Source: Callorhinchus milii
Taxonomy: Eukaryota
Reading direction: 5' to 3'
DNA length: 64,000 nt
NCBI RefSeq assembly: GCF_018977255.1
Contig: NW_024704742.1
Span: forward strand, 91,266,001-91,330,000
Part shown: piece by piece, positions 48,409 through 60,818 of the stretch
Position numbering within the stretch: position 1 is the first letter of the stretch
Layout: each line of letters opens with the position of its first letter
Program-made: the position numbers and the translations under genes
Notes under the pieces: model-generated
What the model was told of the DNA's origin: nothing
Seen by the model: only the letters and a program-made list of their open reading frames with translations
The model's database searches: none

Positions 48409-49964
48409 CCAAGGATAATAGCTACAATTTTTGGTTCTGTACATTTCTCATATTCATTATAACATTCAGCATTTGACATTCACAGATAAATTTTTTGCAA
48501 GCATCACGTGGGAAAATGTAAGGCTGCGTCTACCTAAAGTATTAAAAAAAGTTCAAACAATTTTAAAATGATTCCTTGATTTGGAGAATGCAACTAAGTG
48601 CACAGATGAAGTGCAACTTTTTACCTCCTGACACTGATATTGCATACTTCATGATCATAAGAACATGTCAAAATCTCCAGATCACTACAAGTAATAGATT
48701 ACATCTCCAGTTTATTATAACCTGAAATACATTTAAAATATTTTACTTTAAATTTAATCATAAAAAAAACTCAAAGCCGCACCATGAAGATCATGCAGTG
48801 ATCCAGCGACTGCTTGAATGAGCTAATTTTTCCTGCTCTCTAGTTTTAAACATTAGCCACATTAGGGAGAAGGGATTTGAGGGACAACGGTGATGGGTTT
48901 AAGAGATGCTGAGGCTCATTTGGAACACAAAGACCAACATGGGTTAAATAGTCTGATTTTTGCTATAATGAATAATTAATTTTTGTTCATTGTAATCATT
49001 CTTGCCTTTGATATCGCGCCTGATCATGCCATCAAAATGTCTCAAAAACATTTCACAGGATTTACTGTAAAGTATATTGACTGTATTTGTAGGCAAATAA
49101 TTCTACATAAAATCATATGAATAAAAATTGCCTTTGAAAAATGAATGGGAAAATGTGCCGTCAAAGTTCTAATAAAGTACAATCCTGCTAACTGAAAACT
49201 AGAAATTGATTGTGCAGCTTCAGTACATTGTCTATCAGAATAGATTGAGAACTGTTTTAGATTGGGTGGATTGGGGAATTCTAGTTCCACCGTACTTGAG
49301 TAATTCATATTTGATACTTGAGGAACCTCTTAATTTAGACCCCATTAATTCTTAAAGCTTTCAAAACGGTGCACGGGATAAACGATTGGGTAATGTGCTC
49401 CATGCTTTTTAATTTTGTGTGTGAAATTTTCAAATATTGTGACAAGGTACATCAATAGATTTTATTCATGTGAAGTATTTTAATTCTGTAGTTGTATTTC
49501 AATACTTAAATTTCAATAATTAAATGAAAAGAGAGATAAGCTTGGGCGAGACCTATTTTGAAATGTCTAATACAATTGCTTGAAACCACATGAGCAAGAA
49601 CTTCTGCACACAACAAAAGTACATTTTGATTTGCAATACAATTTACACTTATATCGTGCCTTTCATTTTGGGATGACGTCCTAAAGGGCTTGATAATTCT
49701 GGCTGGGTAAATGTGAGGGTGGAAGCTGAGGAGGGTGAAGAGGGTTGAGGCTTGTGTAAAATAGGATAGGTGTGTATAAAATCCAAGACAGATTCTTTAT
49801 ACATGACCAAGGTTTTCCGATGTTGATGTTAACCAAATACAGTTTACTCAACAATTTACTTTTTCACAGTTGTATGAAACAAGACAATAACATTTCAATA
49901 CAACATTAGCAGGTAGCCTATTTTAATTTCAAAATATTCCCCAGTAATAGCTTGGTTTTCAGTA

Positions 49965-50265
49965 CAGTAGAGCCCAGTTGTAATAGTTATAAAAGTAAAA
50001 TACTAACCCGTTATATAATGGGGCACGATTGCTGGTTAGTGCTCCCACATTCACCGCACAAGTGCAGCGGGCAACTGGCTCCAGTGGCACTTCAAAACAC
50101 CGGCGGGTTTGAAGAAAGACAAATAGCTGGCTGTGGAGCACTTTGAGGTGTCCTCCTGACATGAAAGGTGCTATATCAAATGCGAGGATTATTTAACAGC
50201 TCGCCTTTGATATTTTCTGCATGTTAAAGCATTATAATAAAGTGAGTTATAACGGGGTTCTAAAG
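49965..50265. mobile_element. Degenerate Tc1/mariner (Tigger/pogo-like) MITE in the C9orf72 3' UTR
   Basis: ta|CAGTAGAGCCCAGTTGTAAT ... GTTATAACGGGGTTCTAAAG|ta: imperfect TIRs flanked by TA. A SINE/L2 tail fragment lies inside. Confidence 0.55.
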
Positions 50266-50386
50266 TAATTCTGTTCTTTCCTTGTGAAATTGAGGAAAAG
50301 TGCACATTTAAAGACGTAAAGCAGCTATTTGCAATAAGCAATGCAAACAATTATTCATGTTAAAGTACAATTCATATCATTTATAT

Positions 50387-50573
50387 TTAAAGTGACATTA
50401 GTACATCTCGTTCTTGCACGCTAGTGTAGAAAGACTTTCCAAAAATAAATGAGTGCAAGCCAGGTTTTAATTTCTCAGCCAAGGCCATAATAATGCTCAA
50501 GTCACCCTCTACTGTAAGGTCAAGGTCAGTCTTCAGATTTCGCAGTGATTTGAAAGGCTTCTTTCCCTTTTGA
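50387..50573 (-). CDS. C9orf72: C9orf72 last coding exon (187 nt): (T)QKGKKPFKSLRNLKTDLDLTVEGDLSIIMALAEKLKPGLHSFIFGKSFYTSVQERDVLMSL*
   Basis: ttctctag|T acceptor, TAA at 50389-50387. Near-identical to the recalled C9orf72 C-terminus. Confidence 0.97.
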
Positions 50574-51544
50574 CTAGAGAGAAAACACAGAACAGAAGTT
50601 AACATACAAATAAAATACTTTCCGTGCTCTTCAGTTACAACAAATAAAACTGCACAGTTGTAAAATGCAAGGTATTTAAACACATAACTATGATAAACAG
50701 ACTGCTTAAGTACCTGCAGGATAATTAATGAAAACGCAGGTGATAATATGCTCATCACAAAAGCATATTATGATGGCACAAATCTGATCAACGCTGAGTT
50801 ACCATTAGGTATTCTGCTCACACAATAGCCTCTGATTTCCAATCTTGTAAAAAAAAATTTGAAGCTTCTTCAGAATTTTTTTTGTAGAAAATGTGATATG
50901 AGCTGTGTGCACTGTGTTGGGTTTACAGTGATACTGCTTATAATCTATGAAGTGGGATTAGATGGGGGATAGCAGAGAATTTTGCAGTTCAGGGTTTCTC
51001 TCTCCCTTTTATTTCAGTGTTGAATTTTTTTTAAAAGATTCTAGATTCAATTGAAATAGCTGCGGTTAACTTTCTTTTAATTGTGGGTTGGATCACAACT
51101 GCAGTGTGAAGATTTCGCTTTAGAGTGGGCAGAGAGTACAAACCAGCAATTCTGTCAATTTGGCTTGCCCTTTTTGGGGAGAGGGTTATTTTTTGGGTGT
51201 CTGACAAATGTAGAAACCCATCACCATGTTGTAGGCCACCTGCACGTTGAAATCTCCATGTCTGGAATGGAATGTGCACTCCACAGAGACCCACCATGTT
51301 TACCTAATTCTGGAGAGATTAGGCTCAGGTTGGCAAGAGCCAAGACTTTTCAAAGTGTGCATTGGAGCATTGCTGGAATTCGATCAGCTAAAACCACATA
51401 GTTTGCCATTGTCACTGCTTGTCCATCTTAGGACCGTTACGACTTTGCCTCGCAAGGTTAACAGGAACAGAGGAGGAAGAATACCTGCTCTAAGTGAATC
51501 TCTACACCTCCAAGTCCCATTGACACACATAGACTATAATCAGC

Positions 51545-51866
51545 AATAATAATAATAATCCTTGCATTTGATATAGCGCTTTTCACGTCGGCAGGACGTC
51601 CCAAAGCGCTTCACAGAACACACTGTAAACTGAATTGACTGTATATTTGTGGGCGAACGCGGCAGCCAATTGCGCACAGCAATGTCCCACAAACAGTCGT
51701 AGATTGAAAATGACCAATTTATTATTGTTTTTGGTTTTGGAGGGATTATTATTAGGCTCTGTGTGGAGTAAGGAAACTTGCCCAAGGTTTCGCCCTCTGC
51801 CTGGAATTGAACTCAGGTCTCTCACTTGCAAAGCGAGTGCTCTAACCACTGAGCTACAGGACTCCA
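51545..51866 (-). mobile_element. Young full-length SINE (same subfamily as 11478-11808)
   Basis: Near-identical reverse complement; the ORF track gives nearly identical spurious peptides. Confidence 0.92.
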
Positions 51867-52839
51867 CATGCCCCGGAGTATTATGGATCAACATGGCTTA
51901 TGAACTTGGATCACCACAGAAGGTTGACCTGATCTTGAAATTTTGCTACTAAGCACGTTATCTTGGAGCCAGATCAGCTCCAATGAAACTCTGCTTACCT
52001 TTCTCCCCACACCCCACCCCTCCCCGCGGAGGATAGGGAGAAGGGGAAAAAATTATGATACCAGTTGTATATTGAATGAAAGATTGATGAGAGTATTTAA
52101 CATAGTAATAACTCGCATTTATATAGCAGCTCTCACATAAAAGTGAACATCTCAAAGAGCCTTACAAAATATAATTGATTAGAAATGGAAGTGAAGTTGT
52201 TATACAGGCAAACACGGCAGCAAGACTGCACTAGCAACATCAACAATAATGAGACAAGCAGCCCAATTAACCTGAATTTGGGAGTAAATTGGGATTAGGA
52301 GGGGAATATAAACCAGGATAATTGGGAGAAAAACTCCATGTTCCCTCTCAATAGCAGCCCTTTTATACCCAGCTGTACCACAAGACAGATGGAATCTAAA
52401 AATTAACAACAGAAAAGCGCATTATGTCAGCACAATAGTATGGGTGATATGGGAATTAGTACCCCAAAATTATTTACAACCCCCATCTCAGACTTTTTTT
52501 AAAATACATCTGACTAACCACTCACAGTAAAACTACTGACTCTTACTATGCACATCTTGTATTGTTGAATGCTGTCCGTTGAGCCTGTCACTGTCTACTG
52601 ACATGACATTAACATCTGAGTGTTTCTTTTCTGTTTAACTACTCTTTATGGAATCCTACAAATGCACTATGAAGATACCATTAAAGGCATTTTTTAAATC
52701 AAAATGGGGAGACGATTTTAGCTGAAATACATTGAACAACTTTTCTAAACAGTCATTGTGCAAAAGGTACATGTTTTGTTAATTGCAGTCTTGATTCAAG
52801 ATCAAATTACAAGAGGCAGGGTTTTAGAGTGGTCATAAG

Positions 52840-53577
52840 CTGGGCCAACAGAAAAGTGCGGAAATATTTGCCCAAAATTGTGTCAAGGTTTGGAAAATTG
52901 CAGAGGGATTTTTGACAAATTTTGCAGAAAATGGTGGGGAGTTGATTAGTGCTATTGTACTACATGTTACTGCCAAGCTACATTTTTTCACTTTATTGAT
53001 AAAAACTAAACATGAGGAAATAACACATTAGATTGCTGAAGAAAAAATAATTGCTTCTTTAACAAAAACTGAGTGGCTTTTGGGGGCGCGGGGACACTAG
53101 TGAGACTACAGGAGCTCTCAGGCCAGCACCGCACACAGACCCAGAGAGACACACACACACTCACTGATACAGAGACACACGCGTATACACACATCAGAGA
53201 GACACACACACACTCGCGGACACAGAGACACACACATACACAGACAAGAGAGAGAGAGACACTCACATAGACACACACACACAAACACACAGAGACAAAC
53301 ACTCAGAGGGAGACACACTCACATAGACACTCACAAACAGAGAGACAAACACACAGACACACACACAGATACTCAAAAAAGCATACAGATACATACACAC
53401 AATCCTGCACTCTCACACTCAGAGACACACCGTGCATCTGCGTCAGGAGCTGCCCCGCCCACAGTGACATCAAGTAAACAGCGGGCAAGAAACTACATTT
53501 ATAGTGGGTTTGTGGTGGAGGGTTGTTTGTAGCGGATTCCATGGAAAAAGTGCGGCCGCACTTTTCTACTGGCCCAG
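52840..53577. mobile_element. 738-bp non-autonomous hAT-type DNA transposon in the last intron of C9orf72
   Basis: 22-bp TIRs CTGGGCCAACAGAAAAGTGCGG and CCGCACTTTTCTACTGGCCCAG (2 mismatches). Exact 8-bp TSD GTCATAAG at 52832-52839 and 53578-53585. Confidence 0.85.
53130..53430. repeat. Compound (CA)/(GA) microsatellite inside the hAT element
   Basis: Direct reading. Confidence 0.9.
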
Positions 53578-56247
53578 GTCATAAGTAACATACTTTTCAT
53601 AACGCTGTGTTGATTTTGCTGGAGCCCAGGATTCTAGATAGGGTTTGAGCAGAGCACTGCGTAGCTTAAGCATAACTTCTCAGGTTTATATTGAATTAAT
53701 ATGAATGTAACTCGTAATCCTGTTTGCTGTGTTTATTGATCAGCCTCATACTGCTTTTGCTGTGTTTTTTTGGGAGTTAAACATAATACAGCAAGAGTCA
53801 CCCTCTCCTTTTCCTGAAAAGGCATCAGTTATGTGGGTCAAAATGTATCTCTACCTAATTTTAAAGCTAATGTTTGCTAAATGTTGCTGAATGGGGACAC
53901 CTACTGGAGATAACTGATGCACAACAGATTTACTGTAAAAATAAGCATAAGGACAACTATCTCAAAATTGCACAATTGCAGCTCCGTTCCTCAAACCAGT
54001 CACTATATTTATGGAGCTAAAAAATATCAACTTTTCATAACAAGATTGTAAGCTGATTATTTAAGCAATACAGTATTTTTAGGGGGAAAAATAAGGTTAT
54101 TTAACTGTCTATTCCTTCTTATGCAGTTGCCATTTTTGAACTGTTAACTAAATAATGTAAATTATTGAAGAGTTCCCATCTCCAACCAGCATTTTAACTA
54201 ATTCGCAAGTTCTACACATTATGAATTCCAAAGCATCTTACAGTTTATAAACAATTATTTATGAATGTTATGCTTTTATTTATCTGAACTTTTTTTTTAA
54301 ATCACTGTGATCAGATAACTATGAAGCTGTTGTTTGTTACAGCATTTGACAAACGATAAGATCCACGGCCAGACTGAAAATCACTAACTGTAATTTCCAA
54401 ACCACCATAGTGCACACTATGTAGTTTATCGTCTTGCGGCCCTGGTAGATACATTAGGTAGATGCAGCCCAATGAAATATAATGTTTTTAAAAAGCTAGA
54501 AACACACAATAGGTTGATCAGTATACAAACAAGGAAATAAAATAAAAACAGTTTATTGTTTTGGGTAGGAAGGACTCAAGTTTGTTTGTTTTCCATTTGC
54601 ATCTAATTTATGTAACATTCCCTTAAGAGAACTTGAACTAGATTTGCTAATAAGGCCTTCAAACCGTGAGAATGCTTCTGAACTCTAAAATCCAAATAAA
54701 CTATAGGGAGTCCTGCTAAATCAGCTGGAAATGGTGTATTGGGATATAAACTGCAGGACTAACTTAAATGATTTTCACGTTCTCCATTTTCATGCAATAT
54801 TCAACAAGTATTAAAGGCATCATATCTTGTTGTGACCTACTGTTTTTTTGGGGGGAGATAAGCATTGTTATGTGGCTGAAACGAAACTGAGCAGTCCTTG
54901 CGCTTACAAAATGCGCACTCTGGCCTTGGTAGAACGTTGTGGGTTCCAGTCCCACATCTGGATTTGGAACCCATATACTCTACTCCAGTACTGGGGCTGC
55001 GCTGCATTTAGAGGTTCTGTCCTGCTGATGAGACATTAAACCGATATCCCATCGGATTGTCTATGGCACTATTCAAAAAGAGAAGGGAGCTTTTCTCCCG
55101 ATATCCTGACCAACAATCTCACAAATAAAAATTGGTCTCTCACTCCATGGTTATTTGTGGGACATTGCTGTGCACAAATTGCCTGTTGAATTCGCCTGCA
55201 AAATACACGCACGGTTATTCCACTTTACAATAAATCCTGTGAAGTACTTTGAGACGGTGTGATAAGGAGCTTTATGAAATGCAAGGATTATTGTTATTAT
55301 TTATTATAAAATATGAACACTGAACAATGGAAACGAATGCTATCAATACATTACAAATTTACATTTGTATAGTGTTTTTCATGTCAGGAGGACATCTAAA
55401 CAGTTATTCAGTTCAAACCATATTAAACTGTATTCAAACTGTACCAGTTCAAATCTCAAATCCCCAGTCTCTTCACCAATTGCACTTTAAAAAAAAAATT
55501 AATTAGCCAGTTAGCCTTAATAATAATACTTGCATTTGATATAGCGCCTTATCGTGTCCTTGAGACATCTCAAAGAGCTTCACAAAATATATTGTAAAAT
55601 GTAGTGACTGTATTGTGTATTTTGGCTGCGAAACTGTATCAAGGCAACATTGTAACTGTTTTAAACATTCACCTGCAGTTCATGAAACAGTCAGCCTTGT
55701 TGTGTTATTGAGAGTATACCATACATAAACCGATTTTTACATTTCAATGTGTTTCCCGCTCCAGTTTAAAAAAAAAACTTGCATTTATATAGTGTCCTTC
55801 ACACAAGGTAGCTTCCCGGAATGCATAATTTTATCAAACTGTCAGCAACGGACAGCCTACTGACAAGATTTTAGTTGTTAAAAGCAAAATTGGAAAAGGG
55901 TTTACATTTAAACTCCCTCAGCATCAGAGACTCTGATGAAAGTACCCTTAACACCTGTAAAGCACAACAAGATAGAAATTTCACCTAAATCCAGATTTAC
56001 TCTTATTTATGTGGCTATTCAAAGCGTCCAGAATTTAGTAAATTCTTAAATACTGTCTGAATTTTGAAGCCGGTTTTCTGTAAATAAAAATCTTTCAAGA
56101 ACTGCAGAAAAACGTTTTCAAAAATAAGATTGAATTTAACAAGTTCCCAAATTCTGCAGGCCTTGAGATGCAAAAAAAGACCCAGGTGGAATTTCATCCC
56201 CATACGTTTTTAAAAACAGTGAGAATCAAAAATAAAGCTTAACATAC

Positions 56248-56357
56248 GTTTCATCCTCTATGTATTTTATCACTGTTTGAGCTTTTCTGTAGAGAACAAG
56301 AAGAAACTGTGCCAAGAAAATGCTCCTCAGGGATAAACCAGACTTCAGCTGAAAAAT
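56248..56357 (-). CDS. C9orf72: C9orf72 coding exon (110 nt): IFQLKSGLSLRSIFLAQFLLVLYRKAQTVIKYIEDE(T)
   Basis: tttttag|ATT acceptor and AC|gtatgt donor. Matches the recalled VFQLKPGLSLRSTFLAQFLLVLHRKA. Confidence 0.96.
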
Positions 56358-57640
56358 CTAAAAAAAAATTGACATTTGCAATTATAGTTTTACAAATTCC
56401 ATCAAAAGCAGCAGCTTTACATAATGCTCTCAAAATGCTTAAAAATTCAAAAGGATCATTTTTTTTGTAAGAAAGTTTGTACTTTACCCACTGGGTAATT
56501 TACAACTGAAACGGGTTACCAGGGAGGGTGGTTGAAGTAAAGACACTGAACTCATTTAAAGAACAGCTTGATTCTGTGATGGGTGGATGGTGGGATAGGT
56601 GTTCTGGAAGGATTAAATCAGATGGGCCGAAGGGCCTTTTCATCCAAACTAGTCTTGTGATCTTGTGAAATGTTTTAAACATTAAAATTGCAGAGCAATT
56701 ACCGAGAACACTTCAATTACAAAAGTTGAAAGTTTTACAAAACAACCCCATTAGAAAACATCTTGCTGGAGCGAGAGTTCACTTATAACCCTGGTTTCTT
56801 GTGCATTATTGAAAATGCAGTACACTTCTGGTTTCTGGTGTGGACCAACTGGCTCCCTGCATTTTCATAATAATATTAATAATAATCACTGCATTTGATA
56901 TAATGCCTTATTATCTTTGAGACGTCCCAATGCGCTTCATAGAATATATTGTAAGTATACTGTACGTTGTACAAATTATATCAAAAGCAGCAGCTTTACA
57001 TGAAAGCTCAAAATGATTAAAAATTCAAAAGGGTCATTTGTTTTGTAAGAAAGTTTTACAAATTGACTATATTTTAGGGGCGAAACACAAACAGTAGTGG
57101 ATTGAGTTATCAAATTATTTTATCTTTTTTAAAAATTTTTTTTTTGAAGGGTTTATAAACCCGAGAAAAGTAATCTGCCAATCAACTGACAAGCGGGTTC
57201 CTACTTACTGCTAGGTAAACAGAGGTATGTGGAGTAAGGAAACTTGTCTATGACTTCGCCTTGCCTGGGAATCAAACCCAGGCCCACTCACTTGCGAGGC
57301 GAGTGCTCTAACCAATACGCTACAGGACTCTCCAATATAGGCAGGAAGCTGGTCGCTCACACATGCATTTCTTGTGCTAGAAACGATCACAAGGATTATC
57401 GCGGTTGACCAGCCAGATTCATGGACAGAAAGCAAGCTGATCCATGCAGAAACTGGGAGTGATGTAGGTGGCAGTGGAACTGATAGCCATTTTTTTGCAG
57501 ATGTTATATCTTTATGGATACGAAAAACACATTATAATGGGAGGGGGTTCCCTATAGTACTTGAACAAGAATTTTTACCTCCGAATACAATATTAATGAA
57601 AATTATTTATACTTACTATTATACTTATATTATTCCATAC

Positions 57641-57698
57641 CTGATCTAAAAATGACTTCACTAATGTGTCTCGATGCATCACATCCTGGAAGATATTC
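57641..57698 (-). CDS. C9orf72: C9orf72 coding exon (58 nt): (L)NIFQDVMHRDTLVKSFLDQ
   Basis: accaacag|G acceptor and CAG|gtatgg donor; conserved peptide. Confidence 0.96.
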
Positions 57699-57961
57699 CT
57701 GTTGGTAAAATAGGATAAAAAATAATTAGGTACCAAATAGCAAATGCAAACCTCAAAAGTTGCAAGATATTGACATATTGAATGGCACAAATGGGAAGAT
57801 GGCTTGAAATCTGACCAGAACAATTGGACTTCTAAAGGTGATTGAAGTTTCAGTATCTTATAATTGTATTTTTAAATACAATTCCAAAAATTCCCCACAC
57901 TTTTAAAAAAAAATAATTCAGCAATGTTAGGTTTATAGATAGGATTTTTCGTTAATGTTAC

Positions 57962-58293
57962 AAATAATAATAATAATAATAATAATCCTTGCATTTGATA
58001 TAGCGCTTTTCACGTCGGGAGGACGTCCAAAAGCGCTTCACAGAACACACTGTAAAGTGAATTGATATTATATTTGTGGGCGAACGCGGCAGCCAATTGC
58101 GCACAGCAGTGTCCCACAAACAGTCGTAGATTGAAAATGACCAATTTATTATTGTTTTTGGTTTTGGAGGGATTATTATTAGGCTCTGTGTGGAGTAAGG
58201 AAACTTGCCCAAGGTTTCGCCCTCTGCCTGGAATTGAACTCAGGTCTCTCGCTTGCAAAGCAAGTGCTCTAACCACTGAGCTACAGGACTCCA
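57962..58293 (-). mobile_element. Young full-length SINE abutting the tail of an older SINE (58294-58627)
   Basis: Near-identical to the other young copies; an older-type copy follows immediately. Confidence 0.9.
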
Positions 58294-58749
58294 CAGGTCG
58301 TAGAGATGTCTCAAAGAACTTCAGATAATATACTGTAAAGTGAATTGACTCTATAATTTTTGGGAGAAACGCAGCAGTCAATTACGCACAGCAGTGTCCC
58401 ACAAACGATTGAGGGACCAAATTCTTCTTGGGGGGGGGGGGGGTAAGGGATTATTACCTCCGAAAAGCGATTCGCCAATCGACCAACAACCGGGATCCTA
58501 CTTACTGCTAGGTAAACAGAGGTGTGGAATAAGGAAACTTGCCTAAGGTTTCACCCTGCCCAGGAATCGAACCTGAGTCCTCTTGCTTGCGAGGGGAGTG
58601 CTCTAACTTCTACACTATAAGACTCCACAAAGGCAAAATAATTTAGTTTTGTGTGTGTTCAACTCTGGATTTCAGTCTCAATTCAACGATCACGATTATA
58701 AATCTATATACCCCTTACATTGGCACATTTTATGAAAAAGAATACATAC

Positions 58750-58985
58750 AGATTAGGTGTAAAGCTTTCATCCATATGAATTACAGTATCAGGAATCATG
58801 TCGTCTTCTGATGCAATCTTTTGAAGTACTATAAGTTCTGATGTCATGTAATGCTGCTGGTTATAGATATGTTCATGGCATGGGGCCATCTGCTTCACTG
58901 TGTTAACATCTACGTCAATGTGTGTAGTTGGGTATGGAGCGTACATAATTTGACGGAAAGGCAACACAAAGCTACCAGTAGCATC
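58750..58985 (-). CDS. C9orf72: C9orf72 coding exon (236 nt): DATGSFVLPFRQIMYAPYPTTHIDVDVNTVKQMAPCHEHIYNQQHYMTSELIVLQKIASEDDMIPDTVIHMDESFTPN(L)
   Basis: cttttcag|GAT acceptor and CT|gtatgt donor. Overlaps ORF 58704..58967; conserved PYPTTHIDVDVNTVKQM. Confidence 0.97.
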
Positions 58986-60701
58986 CTGAAAAGATAAACA
59001 ATACGAAACATATTTGTTTCAATACAAAGCGTTGAGTTTTAAGTATTTTCTTTCAGCAACAATGAAAGCAGGTTCATGAATTTACTTAAAAGAGTTCACA
59101 TAATATAATAATGCTTGCATTTGATAGACCATTATCCACTTTGGAAGAACGTCTCATAGTGCTTTACAGGACTTACTGTAAAGCAATTGTGGCCAACCCA
59201 CGGGGGTGGGGGGGGTGGGGGAGTGGAGCAGTTCACACAGACTTAATTAATTAGACTAGTGCGAAGAAGCAGCCCGCTGAAAATTCGCATTAGTCTAGGT
59301 AAACATGTGTTAAATCAATATTTCTTTTGCCAGTAGCTACTGAGTAACGATATTTATGGTCATGAATCAAGAAATATTCAATAAAAATAAATTTATTTGG
59401 TTGGCTGACCAAGAAGATTACTGCTGTAAGTATAGTGACCGTGTATTTTGCAGGCAAGGGTGGTATCCAATTTGTGCACATCAATGTTCCACAAACAGCC
59501 ATGAAGTGAACGACCAATTGTTTTCTCTGGAGGACTGTTAATCATGACACTCGAAAAAACTTTCTCTTCTCAAATAGCACCATGGGAGCTTTAACATCCA
59601 CATCAATAGTTTAAAGGCTCATCGAAATGATGGCATCTCCAACAATGCAGCACTGCATTGGAGGATCAACCCAATTCAACCAAAAAACACAAATATGTTG
59701 AAGCAATCTTAATATAGAATTATTTAGCACCTTTCACATTTAGAAGAACGTCTTAAAGTGTTTTACAAAGACTGAACTGAAGCCCAACCTGGGAGGAGGC
59801 TGGGGGAAAGATGGCCAAATAATAATAATCCTTAATACTCAGTCAAAGAGGTAGGTTTTCGAGTGGAATTTAAAAAGCAGAAAGCAAAGGGATGAGGAGG
59901 GTGGATATCAGGAGAGAGTTCCAAAGGGTCGGGGTAAAGTAGCTGAAGACTCGACTGTTGATGGTGAGGTGTAGCATACAGGGGGGCATGAAGCAGGCCA
60001 GACTTGGTGGAGTAGACATGGCTGATACATTCTCAGGAGATCTAAAATATAGGGTGGTGCGAGGTCATAGAGACATCTGAAGGTGAGCTCAGGATTTTAG
60101 GTTGATTTGCTTTGGGACAGGATCAGAGGAATTGCAATTTGTTTTAAAGTTTCCATTTTTACAATAATTGGAACATAAACCAGCTTTTCGGTGTATACTT
60201 CCAATTACTGTAGTCCAGAAGATAATTATAAGAGAAATGAATGTTATATTCACAATAAACAATCTCAGCCTTTAATATTACATAATTTATGCTCATGTGG
60301 ATATGCTGTGTTGATCCTAAATGATCTAATGTCTTGTGGATTGTTTTGTCTGACACCCAGACAAGAGCAAAGAAACTATAAAGAGTTTGAGATGAACCAT
60401 TTTGGAGTGAGTTATTTATAAAGTAAGTGAACCCTGTTTTTGAAAATTACTACTATGATTATTACATGCATAAAATAATAATCATCCTTGCATTTCGCAC
60501 GGTGCCTCATTACTTTGTTGATATGTCTCAAAGCGCTCCACAGGATTTTACTGTGAAGTGTAATGCCTACAATCACCAGTTATGAACAACAGGTTATTTG
60601 CCTGCTCTCATGATCAAGCAACGATACCTTACATTAACGGTATAGATTACAAAACATTGGGTGGATGCTGAAAAGCAAATAGAGTACTAAAAATGCCTTA
60701 C

Positions 60702-60818
60702 CTTTAAGAGGCCCTGAACAAAAAGACCTGGGTCATATCTGAAAGAGCCATTGGCATTGGCAAGTCGTGAGCACTGCCGTTCTGCCGGAGTCAGGAAGAG
60801 GCACAGAGTGCGGACCAT
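60702..60818 (-). CDS. C9orf72: C9orf72 coding exon (117 nt): MVRTLCLFLTPAERQCSRLANANGSFRYDPGLFVQGLLK
   Basis: tttgacag|ATG acceptor and AAG|gtaagg donor; conserved RTLCLFLTPAER and GLFVQGLLK. Confidence 0.96.

Noticed and set aside
55921..55970. CTGATGA within the palindrome CATCAGAG-A-CTCTGATG as a possible hammerhead or snoRNA box
   Set aside because: No stem II plus GAAA follows, and there is no convincing C/D box pair with a terminal stem.
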